A stretch of 64,000 nucleotides of DNA from assembly GCA_049517415.1 (NCBI GenBank), contig JBEKSC010000011.1, forward strand, positions 2,781 through 66,780, read 5' to 3'. Made by a program: the position numbers and the translations under genes. Shown here piece after piece: positions 55,571-64,000 of the stretch (its first letter is position 1; each line of letters opens with the position of its first letter). The notes below the pieces were generated by a model, which saw only the letters and a program-made list of their open reading frames with translations, did no database searches and was not told the origin of the DNA. The DNA is from Candidatus Bathyarchaeia archaeon (GTDB taxonomy: Archaea; Thermoproteota; Bathyarchaeia; 40CM-2-53-6).

Positions 55571-57835
55571 TTGCACGCAATCATCATCGTTACTGGCATT
55601 GTCCAAGGCGTAGGGTTCAGGCCATTCATCTATAGGATCGCCAAGCGCCAAGAACTCCGAGGATTCGTTCGGAACCGCGCTGATGCCGTCGTCGAAATCA
55701 GCGTGGAAGGCGAAAAGTCTCGAATCGACGCGTTCCTGCACTCACTGAGGGAGGAAAAGCCGCCCCTTGCACGATTAGATAGCGTACAGGTCGAATACCC
55801 TGAAACCGAATTGGGTCTAGCCGACTTCACCATTGAAAAAAGCAGCCAAGAGCGAACCAAGAGCGGTTCGGTCATCCCGCCCGATATCGCAATCTGCGAC
55901 GACTGCCTCAAAGAGCTGAGGTCCCCCGGAGATAGGAGGCATCGATACTTTTTCATCACCTGCACAAACTGCGGCCCCAGATACACAACGATTGTCGGGG
56001 TTCCCTATGACCGACCCAACACAACCCTGAACCAGTTCCCAATGTGCCCCAAGTGCCGAGTCGAATACACAAATCCCGGAGACCGAAGGTTCCATGCCCA
56101 GACCATAGCATGCCCAATCTGTGGGCCTAAAGTCACCTTGCTCAACAACTCTGGGAACCCAATGGATGTCGTCGAGCCAATCAGAGAAGCCGGAAGATTA
56201 CTCTCAGAGGGCAAAACTTTGGCCCTCAAGGGAAATGGTGGATTCCACCTTGCGGCTTCGACACTTCAAGACGACCCCATTGAAAGGTTGAGGCGAAGTA
56301 AAGAGAGAAGAAGCAAACCTTTCGCGATAATGGCACGTAGCCTTGACTCTATTCTAGCGTTCGCTGAGGTCCGTTCTTGCGAACGTGAATTACTCGAATC
56401 CTACGTTCGACCCATAGTTCTGCTGCGCCGCAAAGAGCCTTTCCCGCTTTCCTCTCTCATCTCGCCGGGACTGGATACCGTAGGAGTGATGTTGCCCTAC
56501 ACGGGGATGCATTACCTGATTTTCGATTCGACAAGCGACCCAGCGCTCATAATGACGAGTGCCAACGCACCTAACGAACCAATAATCACTGACAACAGGA
56601 AAGCGATTCAGAGACTCGGCACCGTAGTAGACTACTTTCTAGTTCATGATCGAGAGATTGCGCAACGGGCAGATGACTCAGTAATCCGATTCATAGGCGA
56701 TGAACCTACCCCTATTCGACGGTCACGAGGATACGCACCCGTCCCGATAGTTCTGTCAAATCCATCTAAGATGAGAGCTCTTGCGTTCGGCGCAGAGCTG
56801 AACGTTACTGCGTGCATGACTCTTGACAACAAGGCATACTTGACTCAGCACATTGGAGACACAGAAACGGTCGAGACAGCGAAATTCCTGGAAGCCGCAG
56901 TGGCACATTTGGGTCGGCTTATCGGATTCGAACCAGAAACCATAGCCTGTGATCTTCACCCGAAGTTCACGACCACCAAGATTGCCGAGCGTATGTCGAA
57001 AGAACACAATGTCCCATTGCGAAGAATCCAGCACCACCATGCTCACGCGGGTTCACTTATGGCGGAACATTCCTTGGACGCAATAGTTGGCATCGTTTGC
57101 GACGGCTTCGGATTAGGCTACAAGAACGAAGCTTGGGGAGGAGAGATCTTCGTCTGCCACGCCTCCCAAGTCAGGAGAGCCGCACATTTAGAAGAGCAAC
57201 CGATGGTTGGCGCAGATCTAGCGACTCGATATCCCGCGAGAATGGCGGCAGGCATTCTCAGAGATGAACCCACTATTCAGGCTTGGCTGAAGGCTAATGC
57301 ATCGCACTTGCCTCACGGTGAATCTGAGATCCCTATTGTCATGCGCCAGCTTGACAGAAAGGATTTCATCTGGACTTCAAGCTGTGGGCGAGTTCTGGAT
57401 TCGATAGCCGCGATTTTGGGCATTAGTTACGAAAGAACGTACGAGGGAGAACCTGCCATGAAACTGGAAGCTTACTCAAGAGGAGGCGCGGATAGACTGA
57501 ACATCAAACCCGAGATCGATGGCGAAGTTATCAAAACCACAAACATGGTTCACAACATATACGATCAGAAAACGAAAATCGCTCTTCCGGATCTGGCATT
57601 CTCTGCGCATGCATACCTGGGTCGAGCTTTGGCAAATGCTGCCATCACGATAGCGGAGGAAGAAGGTATCAAGGTAGTGGGCTTTTCTGGCGGTGTGGCT
57701 TTGAACGAGATTATCTCGCTCACGATTCGGAAGCTTGTTTCCGACGCGGGATTTCGCTATGTTAGTAATGTGGCGGTTCCCCCTGGAGATGGTGGAGTAT
57801 CTTTCGGTCAGGCTTACCTAGCCTCACTCCAGTAA
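55571..57835 (+). CDS. hypF: [NiFe]-hydrogenase maturation carbamoyltransferase HypF
   Basis: 754 aa. Acylphosphatase VQGVGFRPF, two CxxC-x18-CxxC fingers, and YrdC-like and Kae1-like regions. TTG start. Confidence 0.9.
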   Translation: MHAIIIVTGIVQGVGFRPFIYRIAKRQELRGFVRNRADAVVEISVEGEKSRIDAFLHSLREEKPPLARLDSVQVEYPETELGLADFTIEKSSQERTKSGSVIPPDIAICDDCLKELRSPGDRRHRYFFITCTNCGPRYTTIVGVPYDRPNTTLNQFPMCPKCRVEYTNPGDRRFHAQTIACPICGPKVTLLNNSGNPMDVVEPIREAGRLLSEGKTLALKGNGGFHLAASTLQDDPIERLRRSKERRSKPFAIMARSLDSILAFAEVRSCERELLESYVRPIVLLRRKEPFPLSSLISPGLDTVGVMLPYTGMHYLIFDSTSDPALIMTSANAPNEPIITDNRKAIQRLGTVVDYFLVHDREIAQRADDSVIRFIGDEPTPIRRSRGYAPVPIVLSNPSKMRALAFGAELNVTACMTLDNKAYLTQHIGDTETVETAKFLEAAVAHLGRLIGFEPETIACDLHPKFTTTKIAERMSKEHNVPLRRIQHHHAHAGSLMAEHSLDAIVGIVCDGFGLGYKNEAWGGEIFVCHASQVRRAAHLEEQPMVGADLATRYPARMAAGILRDEPTIQAWLKANASHLPHGESEIPIVMRQLDRKDFIWTSSCGRVLDSIAAILGISYERTYEGEPAMKLEAYSRGGADRLNIKPEIDGEVIKTTNMVHNIYDQKTKIALPDLAFSAHAYLGRALANAAITIAEEEGIKVVGFSGGVALNEIISLTIRKLVSDAGFRYVSNVAVPPGDGGVSFGQAYLASLQ

Positions 57836-57845
57836 CCGAACCAAT

Positions 57846-58058
57846 CTAACGCCAATGAGCCAACGTTCGCTTGGCTTCTTCAATATCCATGACTTTCAGT
57901 ACGTAGCCTGCGTGTACCAGAACGTAATCTCCGACCTTTGCGTCGGTTAGTGCGATGTTTGCCGTGACTATTGTTCCACCGCCTAGATCGACTTTCGCGA
58001 TTTCGCCTTGTATTTGGACTATTCTGCCGACCTGTGCGAGGTCGTATGGGTCGCTCAT
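57846..58058 (-). CDS. HypC/HupF-like protein lacking the N-terminal Cys
   Basis: 70 aa. It aligns along its whole length with the adjacent HypC (…VGDYVLVHAGYVLKVMDIEEAKRTL), but MCLAYPGKVV is replaced by MSDPYDLAQVGRIV. Confidence 0.7.
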   Translation of the reverse strand: MSDPYDLAQVGRIVQIQGEIAKVDLGGGTIVTANIALTDAKVGDYVLVHAGYVLKVMDIEEAKRTLAHWR

Positions 58059-58139
58059 GCTGAAGGCTGACCTGGCAGCATTGGTAATTGTTGTATAAAC
58101 TAATAAGTAGATGAGGTCGACAATCGACTGACAAAGACA

Positions 58140-58406
58140 ATGTGCTTAGCCTATCCAGGAAAAGTTGTCGAGCTAGACGGTGATTTTGCTAGGGTGGATT
58201 TTGGCGAAGGCACAATCAGGGAAGGGGTCAACGTCTCGCTTGTCCAAGCCAAGACGGGCGACTACGTACTAGTTCACGCGGGATACGCGATCCAAATCGT
58301 CGATGAAGCTGATGCCCGCCAGACGCTGAAATATTGGCAACAAATTCTCGCAGTTGTCCCGGAGGATCGCGTAGCCTACGAGGGTCAATTGAAAGGTGGG
58401 CTCTGA
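58140..58406 (+). CDS. hypC: hydrogenase maturation chaperone HypC
   Basis: 88 aa. Canonical MCLAYPGKV start and DYVLVHAGYAI. Confidence 0.85.
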   Translation: MCLAYPGKVVELDGDFARVDFGEGTIREGVNVSLVQAKTGDYVLVHAGYAIQIVDEADARQTLKYWQQILAVVPEDRVAYEGQLKGGL

Positions 58407-59512
58407 TGATTCTGGAGGGATATCGGGATCCGGTACTGGCAAAGAAGCTGCGCGTCGAAATCGAACGGCTTGCCCAAGCCATCCAGGAACACGTCTTAAT
58501 CATGCACGTTTGCGGCTCTCATGAATGGGCGATCACACATTTCGGCATCCGGGCTCTACTGCCGGATAATGTCGAAGTCCGCGCAGGCCCCGGATGCCCA
58601 GTTTGCGTTACACCCGCAGCTGACATCGACGCCGCGGTGCGGTTATCTCTCGAAGGGAAGACAATTCTCACATATGGGGATATGTCGCGGGCGAAAGGAT
58701 CCGGTATGTCTCTGTTTGAGGCTAAGGCGTCGGGCGGAGATGTCCGAGTTGTGTACAGTGTGCACGATGCCGTTAAGATGGCCGAAGCCAATCCCGGGCG
58801 TGAACATGTATTCTTCGCAGTCGGCTTTGAGACGACAGTGCCACCAACCGCTTACGAGATCTTGAAAGGCCCTCCACCGAATCTCACCTTCTTGACATCA
58901 TATCGCTACGTTCCACCCGCTGTGGAAGCAGTTGCAACATCACCGGACCTAGCGGTTAGCGGATTCATGAACGCCGGTCACGCCTCCACAGTGACCGGTA
59001 TGAAAGCGTACGACCCTTGTTTCCAGAAAACACAGAAACCCATGGTCTTTTCAGGATTCGAACCCGTCGACGTTCTGATCTCCCTAGCCATGCTGCTACG
59101 TCAGATCGCGAACGGTGAACCGAAGATGGAGAACGAGTATACTCGCGCCGTGACCTGGAACGGAAATGAACGGGCACAAGCAGCTATGGATAAAGTCTTC
59201 GACCGAGTGGACGGATATTGGCGTGGCGTAGCCACAATCCCAGCCTCTGGGTTTAATATGCGAGAGGAATTCCGAGAACATGATACGCGTTCACGCTTCG
59301 GTCTGAAGGAGACACCGGAAAGCGAACAATTCGTACCGCAAGCGAGATGTGGCGACGTAATTCTCGGAAAGATCGATCCGCCCGAATGCCCTCTCTACAT
59401 GAAGGAATGCACGCCTGCCTCCCCGAAAGGGCCCACCATGGTTTCAGCGGAGGGGACCTGCAAGATATGGGCCGATCATAAGATTCTGGCGAGTATGCGT
59501 TGTCGTGTCTAG
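58406..59512 (+). CDS. hypD: hydrogenase maturation protein HypD
   Basis: CGSHEW, GPGCPVCVTP, GFETT. The ATG at 58406 overlaps the hypC TGA (TGATG). The tracked upstream extension is rejected. Confidence 0.9.
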   Translation: MILEGYRDPVLAKKLRVEIERLAQAIQEHVLIMHVCGSHEWAITHFGIRALLPDNVEVRAGPGCPVCVTPAADIDAAVRLSLEGKTILTYGDMSRAKGSGMSLFEAKASGGDVRVVYSVHDAVKMAEANPGREHVFFAVGFETTVPPTAYEILKGPPPNLTFLTSYRYVPPAVEAVATSPDLAVSGFMNAGHASTVTGMKAYDPCFQKTQKPMVFSGFEPVDVLISLAMLLRQIANGEPKMENEYTRAVTWNGNERAQAAMDKVFDRVDGYWRGVATIPASGFNMREEFREHDTRSRFGLKETPESEQFVPQARCGDVILGKIDPPECPLYMKECTPASPKGPTMVSAEGTCKIWADHKILASMRCRV

Positions 59513-59518
59513 TTTAGT

Positions 59519-60574
59519 TCAGCAGATTCTCGGAACTGGATCGCCCGCTGGAGGTGCAATAATTCTCCTGCCGCCGACAACAGTCTCCGTGGCCACTAGA
59601 TCGAACTCTGAAGTCGCCTCTCCAATGATCGCAGCGTCCCTCCCTTGCAGTGTATCCTTCAAAGCGGCGAGCACCGCCTGAGCTTTCTCAGGTACAACAG
59701 CGGCGACAAGTTTCCCTTCATTTCCGATCTCTAAGACATCCAGACCTAACATTTCACAAGCAGCTCGAACTCCCTCCTTCACAGGAATCGATTGCTCTTC
59801 CACAAGGATTCCAACATGGGATTTCTGGCTCCATTCATTCAGGAGGTTAGCTAAACCTCCTCGAGTGGGATCTTTCATCGCCACGATCCCACCTATCTCG
59901 AGCATTCGGTTCACCGTGCCTTTGAGCGGCGCGGCATCCGACTCGATTCGAGTTTCGAATCCATATCCCTCTCGAGCCGAAAGAACCGCGATTCCATGGT
60001 CCCCAATTGTTCCGGACAGTATGATCTTGTCGCCTGTTCGCACATTGCTGTCGAGTAACCATTGAGCGTCCAAGGTACGGTGCCTCTTTACTTCAAGTAG
60101 ATTCTTGTCGAGCAGCAGGTTGCGCTTTCCGACCCCGGACGAATTGATCACGAACTTGTCGAGTGCTCCTCTCTCCATGACTTTCGTGTCTCCAGTAATC
60201 ACAGGGACTCCCGCCTCGTCGCTGGCTTTCCTCATGCTTTCGAGGATCTTCTCAAGTTCGCTCAGGTCGAATCCTTCCTCAAGTATGAAACCCTCCGCTA
60301 AGGCCAAGGGATCCCCACCGATCATGCAAATGTCATTTACCGTTCCGCTAATGGCGAGTCTTCCAATGTCGCCTCCAGGGAAGAAGAGCGGCTTCACAGT
60401 ATAGGAGTCAGATTTCAGAACTATTCCTTGAACGACGGCCGCGTCATCAAGTGCATCCAGAGGGACATCCACCTTTGCGCCGCCAAGATGCTTCAGCATG
60501 TACTTCTCGATCAAGGACTGCATTACTGTACCACCGGCGCCGTGTGCCATCGTCACGAGATCCGTTTTAGCCAT
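59519..60574 (-). CDS. hypE: hydrogenase maturation protein HypE
   Basis: 351 aa. PurM-like fold motifs and a C-terminal PRIC. Confidence 0.9.
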   Translation of the reverse strand: MAKTDLVTMAHGAGGTVMQSLIEKYMLKHLGGAKVDVPLDALDDAAVVQGIVLKSDSYTVKPLFFPGGDIGRLAISGTVNDICMIGGDPLALAEGFILEEGFDLSELEKILESMRKASDEAGVPVITGDTKVMERGALDKFVINSSGVGKRNLLLDKNLLEVKRHRTLDAQWLLDSNVRTGDKIILSGTIGDHGIAVLSAREGYGFETRIESDAAPLKGTVNRMLEIGGIVAMKDPTRGGLANLLNEWSQKSHVGILVEEQSIPVKEGVRAACEMLGLDVLEIGNEGKLVAAVVPEKAQAVLAALKDTLQGRDAAIIGEATSEFDLVATETVVGGRRIIAPPAGDPVPRIC

Positions 60575-60968
60575 GGCGAAATCGACCTAGGCAAAGTTCT
60601 GAGTTGTCCGGCCTTTATAGACTTGAAACGCGACGCTAGGGGGATCTTGTCTTCATGCTCGCTGTGACGGCGTGGGCGATTCCGGTTTGTGTGCATTAGT
60701 AATCCTAGTTCCGTGCGGCCCGTGTGACCTTAACTCGATGACGAATTGAGGCCTTAAATCGACATTGACACATGCGAAATTACTGGCAAACTACGGCGAT
60801 ATGAGCGGAATTTTCAGCTTATACATGATGAAGGAAGGCGGTGGCCTTCCCGACCCGCTACTACCATCCAGTTTTTGTCGCTGGGGTGTTTTTCCATTCT
60901 TGCCAAGCGTGGAAAGCAGAAGCATGTGTATTAAGGGCAGTTTCTTTCCAAATCGTAGAGAGAGTAAC

Positions 60969-62099
60969 ATGTCTAGCAAGAAGGCAGACTTAGCTGGTCC
61001 TGGGATTGGCAGTTACGATGAGCTTGAAAAGATTCTTCCACAAGATTACAACTCGCTCCTATCCCCGAAGGATACGCAGAAGGCTATCTTTGCGGTTAAG
61101 AGCTTCATCGAGGAAAACCTTTGCAAAGAACTCAACTTGATGATGGTTCAAGTTCCGCTGATTGTCGATGTTGAGAGTGGTGTAAATGACATGCTCGATC
61201 GGGACGGTTCACGCACCCCGGTCCAATTTCACATCTCAAACGACTACAACAAGCACCCAATAGATGCGCAAGTGGTCCAAGCTGCAACTAAGTGGAAGCG
61301 CGTTGCGCTGAAGCAATTTGCGATGAAAGCCAGCGAGGGGATCTGCACCGACATGCGTGCGGTGCGCAAGGACTACTTCCTAGACCACGATCACAGTGCC
61401 TACGTGGACCAATGGGATTGGGAGAAGGTGATGACTGAGGATGAACGAAATTTGGATTACCTTAAGGAGACCGTCCGCAAAATCTGGAAAGTTCTCAAGG
61501 GAGCTCAGAACCAAGCGGAAAGGCTCTTTCCCCAGCTTAAGACAGCAAAATACCCGAGCCTCCCTGATGAGATTACATTCCTTCATGCCGAAGATATCCT
61601 CGAAAAGTACCCGGACATGCCTCGGAAGGCGCGTGAGACTGCGATATTGCAAAAGTACCCTGCAATATTCATCATTGGAATTGGGTGGGTGTTGAAAGAT
61701 GGTTATCCGCATGAGATGAGGGCTGCGGACTATGATGATTGGATTACGGAAACAAGGTCTGAGGACGGAAGGCCTATGCATGGCCTCAACGGGGATATTC
61801 TAGTCTGGAACCCTGTTACAAAGCGCCGCCACGAGCTAACGTCCATGGGCATCCGCGTTAACTCTAGCTCACTCAAGAAGCAATTGGAGGTTACTGGGCA
61901 ACTGGACTTCCTCAAATTCCCATACCATCAGGCCATCGTCAACAAAGAATTGCCGCTCAGTATTGGGGGCGGCATTGGTCAATCACGAACGTATATGCTC
62001 CTACTGAAGAAGGCACATCTAGGTGAGGTTAGCGTCACGGTTTGGCCAAAGATCCTGAAGGACCTGTGTGATAAGAAGAATATCCACGTATTACAGTAA
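60969..62099 (+). CDS. asnA: aspartate--ammonia ligase (asparagine synthetase A)
   Basis: DQWDWEKV and IGGGIGQSRTYMLLL. The ATG at 60969 is preferred over the tracked TTG at 60765. Confidence 0.8.
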   Translation: MSSKKADLAGPGIGSYDELEKILPQDYNSLLSPKDTQKAIFAVKSFIEENLCKELNLMMVQVPLIVDVESGVNDMLDRDGSRTPVQFHISNDYNKHPIDAQVVQAATKWKRVALKQFAMKASEGICTDMRAVRKDYFLDHDHSAYVDQWDWEKVMTEDERNLDYLKETVRKIWKVLKGAQNQAERLFPQLKTAKYPSLPDEITFLHAEDILEKYPDMPRKARETAILQKYPAIFIIGIGWVLKDGYPHEMRAADYDDWITETRSEDGRPMHGLNGDILVWNPVTKRRHELTSMGIRVNSSSLKKQLEVTGQLDFLKFPYHQAIVNKELPLSIGGGIGQSRTYMLLLKKAHLGEVSVTVWPKILKDLCDKKNIHVLQ

Positions 62100-62106
62100 G
62101 CCTCTG

Positions 62107-63993
62107 CTACGAAGCGAAAGCTTGGAAGTGTTTAACGGTCTCCGCCATTTCGCGTAACCGTTTGTCTACTCGGCCGTAAATGGAGTTCTCCTCATAGTTC
62201 CCGTTCGGCAACCTCTTTCCTGCTGGGACCCCTGTGAGAAGTTCTATGCCTTCCTCGATGGTTTTCACGGGGTATATGTGAAACTTTCCCGCCTTCACGG
62301 CGTCCACGACTTCCTGTTTCAACATGAGGTTCTGAGTGTTGCTTTGCGGAATAATCACGCTATGCTGCCCGTTTAGGCCCCTCGCCTTGCAGATTTCGTA
62401 ATAGCCTTCAATCTTCTCGTTGGCGCCTCCGATTGGTTGAACGTCGCCATTTTGGTTAACTGAGCCGGTTACCGCGAAGCTCTGCTTAATTGGAACGCCT
62501 GAAAGTGCCGAAAGCAGCGCGTACAGCTCCGTGCTTGACGCGCTGTCGCCTTCAACTCCTTCATAATTCTGCTCAAAAACAATCCTCGCTGACAACGTCA
62601 ACGGCTTGTCGTAGGCGAATTTTGTAGCCAAGTAACCAGCGATTATCATAACGCCTTTGCCGTGTATGGGGCCGCTCATGTTAACCTCTCTTTGGACATC
62701 AATCAATCCCCCTTTTCCCAAGCCAACGGCAATGGTAATTCGTGATGGGGCGCCAAAGGAAAAGTCACCTACGCTCAGAACCGACAAGCCGTTAATCTGA
62801 CCAACCGTTGCTCCGTCCGTTGAAATGAAAATTACATTTCGTTGAATGTATTCTCGGATTTTGTCTTGTATTAGGTTTGAACGATAGAGTTTAGCTTCGA
62901 TTGCTTTCTCAACATGAGATGCCGTTATGTATTTGACATCTTCTTGGCTGGCATAGAAATGTGCTTCGCGCACCACGTCCGCCACAAGCCCAAACTGCGT
63001 TGAAAGCTTGTTTTGGTCTTCGGCTATCCTGGAACTATGTTCCACCAATCGAGCCACTGCTGAAGTGTCGAGGTGTTTCAGGTTTTCGTTTACAACTAGA
63101 GTTGTGAAGAATCCTGCGTAACGTTTGAGACTGCTATCCGATTTCTCCATGGTGGAGTCGAAATCCGCCTTTACTTTGAAGAGTTCGCGAAATTCGGGGT
63201 CGTACGCAAAGAGAAGTTGGTATGTGGAGGAGTCCCCGATTAGTACAACCTTTACATCGAGAGGTATCGGCTGGGGGGAGAGGCTCCTTACATTCGCGTA
63301 GCCTATTCGTTGAGGCAGTTCTTCAATTGTCGCCTCTCCTGCCTTCAACGCACGTTTCAAACCCTCGTAAACATTCAGGTCGCGAAGTAGGTGCTCGGCG
63401 CGAACAATCAAAAACCCGCCATTCGCCTCATGTATAGCTCCGCCACGGATCAGAGTGAAATCGGTTGTTAAAGTTCCGAGCTGACTCTCTTTTTCAATTC
63501 GGCCGAGCAAATTATCGTAGGTTGGGTTTTGTTCTAGAATTATCGGGGCTCCTTGGACGCCTGAATTGTCAGCGATTACATTCACATCGTAGACTCGAAA
63601 GGCCAATTCATCAGCCAAGGCTTCCTGCACATCCTCTTTCCTGTCTCCGCGCCGAGTCCTGAACCTTTCCAGATCCTCAACGATGTGTGTTTGAATTTCA
63701 TTGAGGAAATCCGTAATCTCGCTGTGTTGTTTATACTTCGTGAGTAGATTCGACATCAAAGTTTCAATTGCATACAATGTTACGTCCCGATCGAATTCGA
63801 TCATCTCATCTCGCGCTTTCAACTCGACATCGCGGAGTTCTCTGAGAAGAGGCTGAAGTTTTTCCCTGACTGTCTCGCGTTTTTCCGTGAATTTCTGTTG
63901 TGTTTCTTTGGGTAGTGAAAGGAAGTCCTGTTCGGACAATGCGTGACCTTTCTCAACGGGGACTAAGGATATTCCGAGGGCTGTGAGCTGCAT
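62107..63993 (-). CDS. Lon-like protease (YcbZ/LonC-type), probably 5'-truncated by the window edge
   Basis: VEGDSASSTELYALLSAL (Ser) and GGANEKIEGYYEIC (Lys) form the dyad. The frame stays open to position 64000, so the N-terminal AAA+ region is likely outside the window. Confidence 0.8.
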   Translation of the reverse strand: MQLTALGISLVPVEKGHALSEQDFLSLPKETQQKFTEKRETVREKLQPLLRELRDVELKARDEMIEFDRDVTLYAIETLMSNLLTKYKQHSEITDFLNEIQTHIVEDLERFRTRRGDRKEDVQEALADELAFRVYDVNVIADNSGVQGAPIILEQNPTYDNLLGRIEKESQLGTLTTDFTLIRGGAIHEANGGFLIVRAEHLLRDLNVYEGLKRALKAGEATIEELPQRIGYANVRSLSPQPIPLDVKVVLIGDSSTYQLLFAYDPEFRELFKVKADFDSTMEKSDSSLKRYAGFFTTLVVNENLKHLDTSAVARLVEHSSRIAEDQNKLSTQFGLVADVVREAHFYASQEDVKYITASHVEKAIEAKLYRSNLIQDKIREYIQRNVIFISTDGATVGQINGLSVLSVGDFSFGAPSRITIAVGLGKGGLIDVQREVNMSGPIHGKGVMIIAGYLATKFAYDKPLTLSARIVFEQNYEGVEGDSASSTELYALLSALSGVPIKQSFAVTGSVNQNGDVQPIGGANEKIEGYYEICKARGLNGQHSVIIPQSNTQNLMLKQEVVDAVKAGKFHIYPVKTIEEGIELLTGVPAGKRLPNGNYEENSIYGRVDKRLREMAETVKHFQAFAS

Positions 63994-64000
63994 TATGAAT

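Noticed and set aside
55288-55635. 115-aa plus-strand ORF upstream of and overlapping hypF.
   Set aside because: It has a GTG-type start and a Cys/His-rich but unstructured sequence. It overlaps the acylphosphatase-domain start of hypF in another frame.
60765-60968. 68-codon N-terminal extension of the asnA ORF.
   Set aside because: The extension starts at a TTG and has no similarity to AsnA. The ATG at 60969 gives a product whose N-terminus and length fit aspartate-ammonia ligases.

Overview
This is an archaeal chromosomal segment. The evidence is two group II chaperonin (thermosome) genes, aSUI1, archaemetzincin, an aCPSF2-type beta-CASP RNase, a PAC2 proteasome-assembly homologue, and tRNA genes interrupted by bulge-helix-bulge (BHB) introns, including non-canonical positions. 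Many genes are preceded by GGAGGTGA-like ribosome-binding sites. Content from left to right: (1) a glycosylation cluster with two GT2 genes, a GT-C-like membrane protein, an NTase and a methyltransferase fusion. (2) A housekeeping block with presenilin-like protease, archaemetzincin, aCPSF2, PAC2, thermosome, SUI1 and two intron-containing tRNA loci. (3) An HtrA-like protease and a metal-transporter-like gene, separated by repeated copies of the tRNA 3' end. (4) An ABC-2 exporter with a divergent PadR, plus a Rieske protein. (5) The standout feature: a 12-kb co-directional polyphosphate island. Its genes are an MgtA-like P-type ATPase, PPK2, CYTH, PPK1, a CHAD-metallophosphoesterase-HD fusion, PPX/GppA and a polybasic-CHAD-SixA fusion. 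(6) GTP-PEPCK and ACT/RAM-domain regulators. (7) An accessory stretch of about 11 kb (35-46 kb) with small membrane proteins, zinc ribbons, RHH paralogues, Tyr-rich low-complexity proteins, a degraded gene duplicate and a 4-copy dispersed element, bracketed by tRNA-3'-like fragments. (8) Hsp20, an M50-CBS protease, PGI with a PMI-type cupin, and the second thermosome gene. (9) hypF, hypC, hypD and hypE plus a Cys-less HypC paralogue, then asnA and a partial Lon-like protease. No rRNA, CRISPR array, transposase or integrase was recognised. All functional calls rest on motifs read by eye from the translations; no database search was run.
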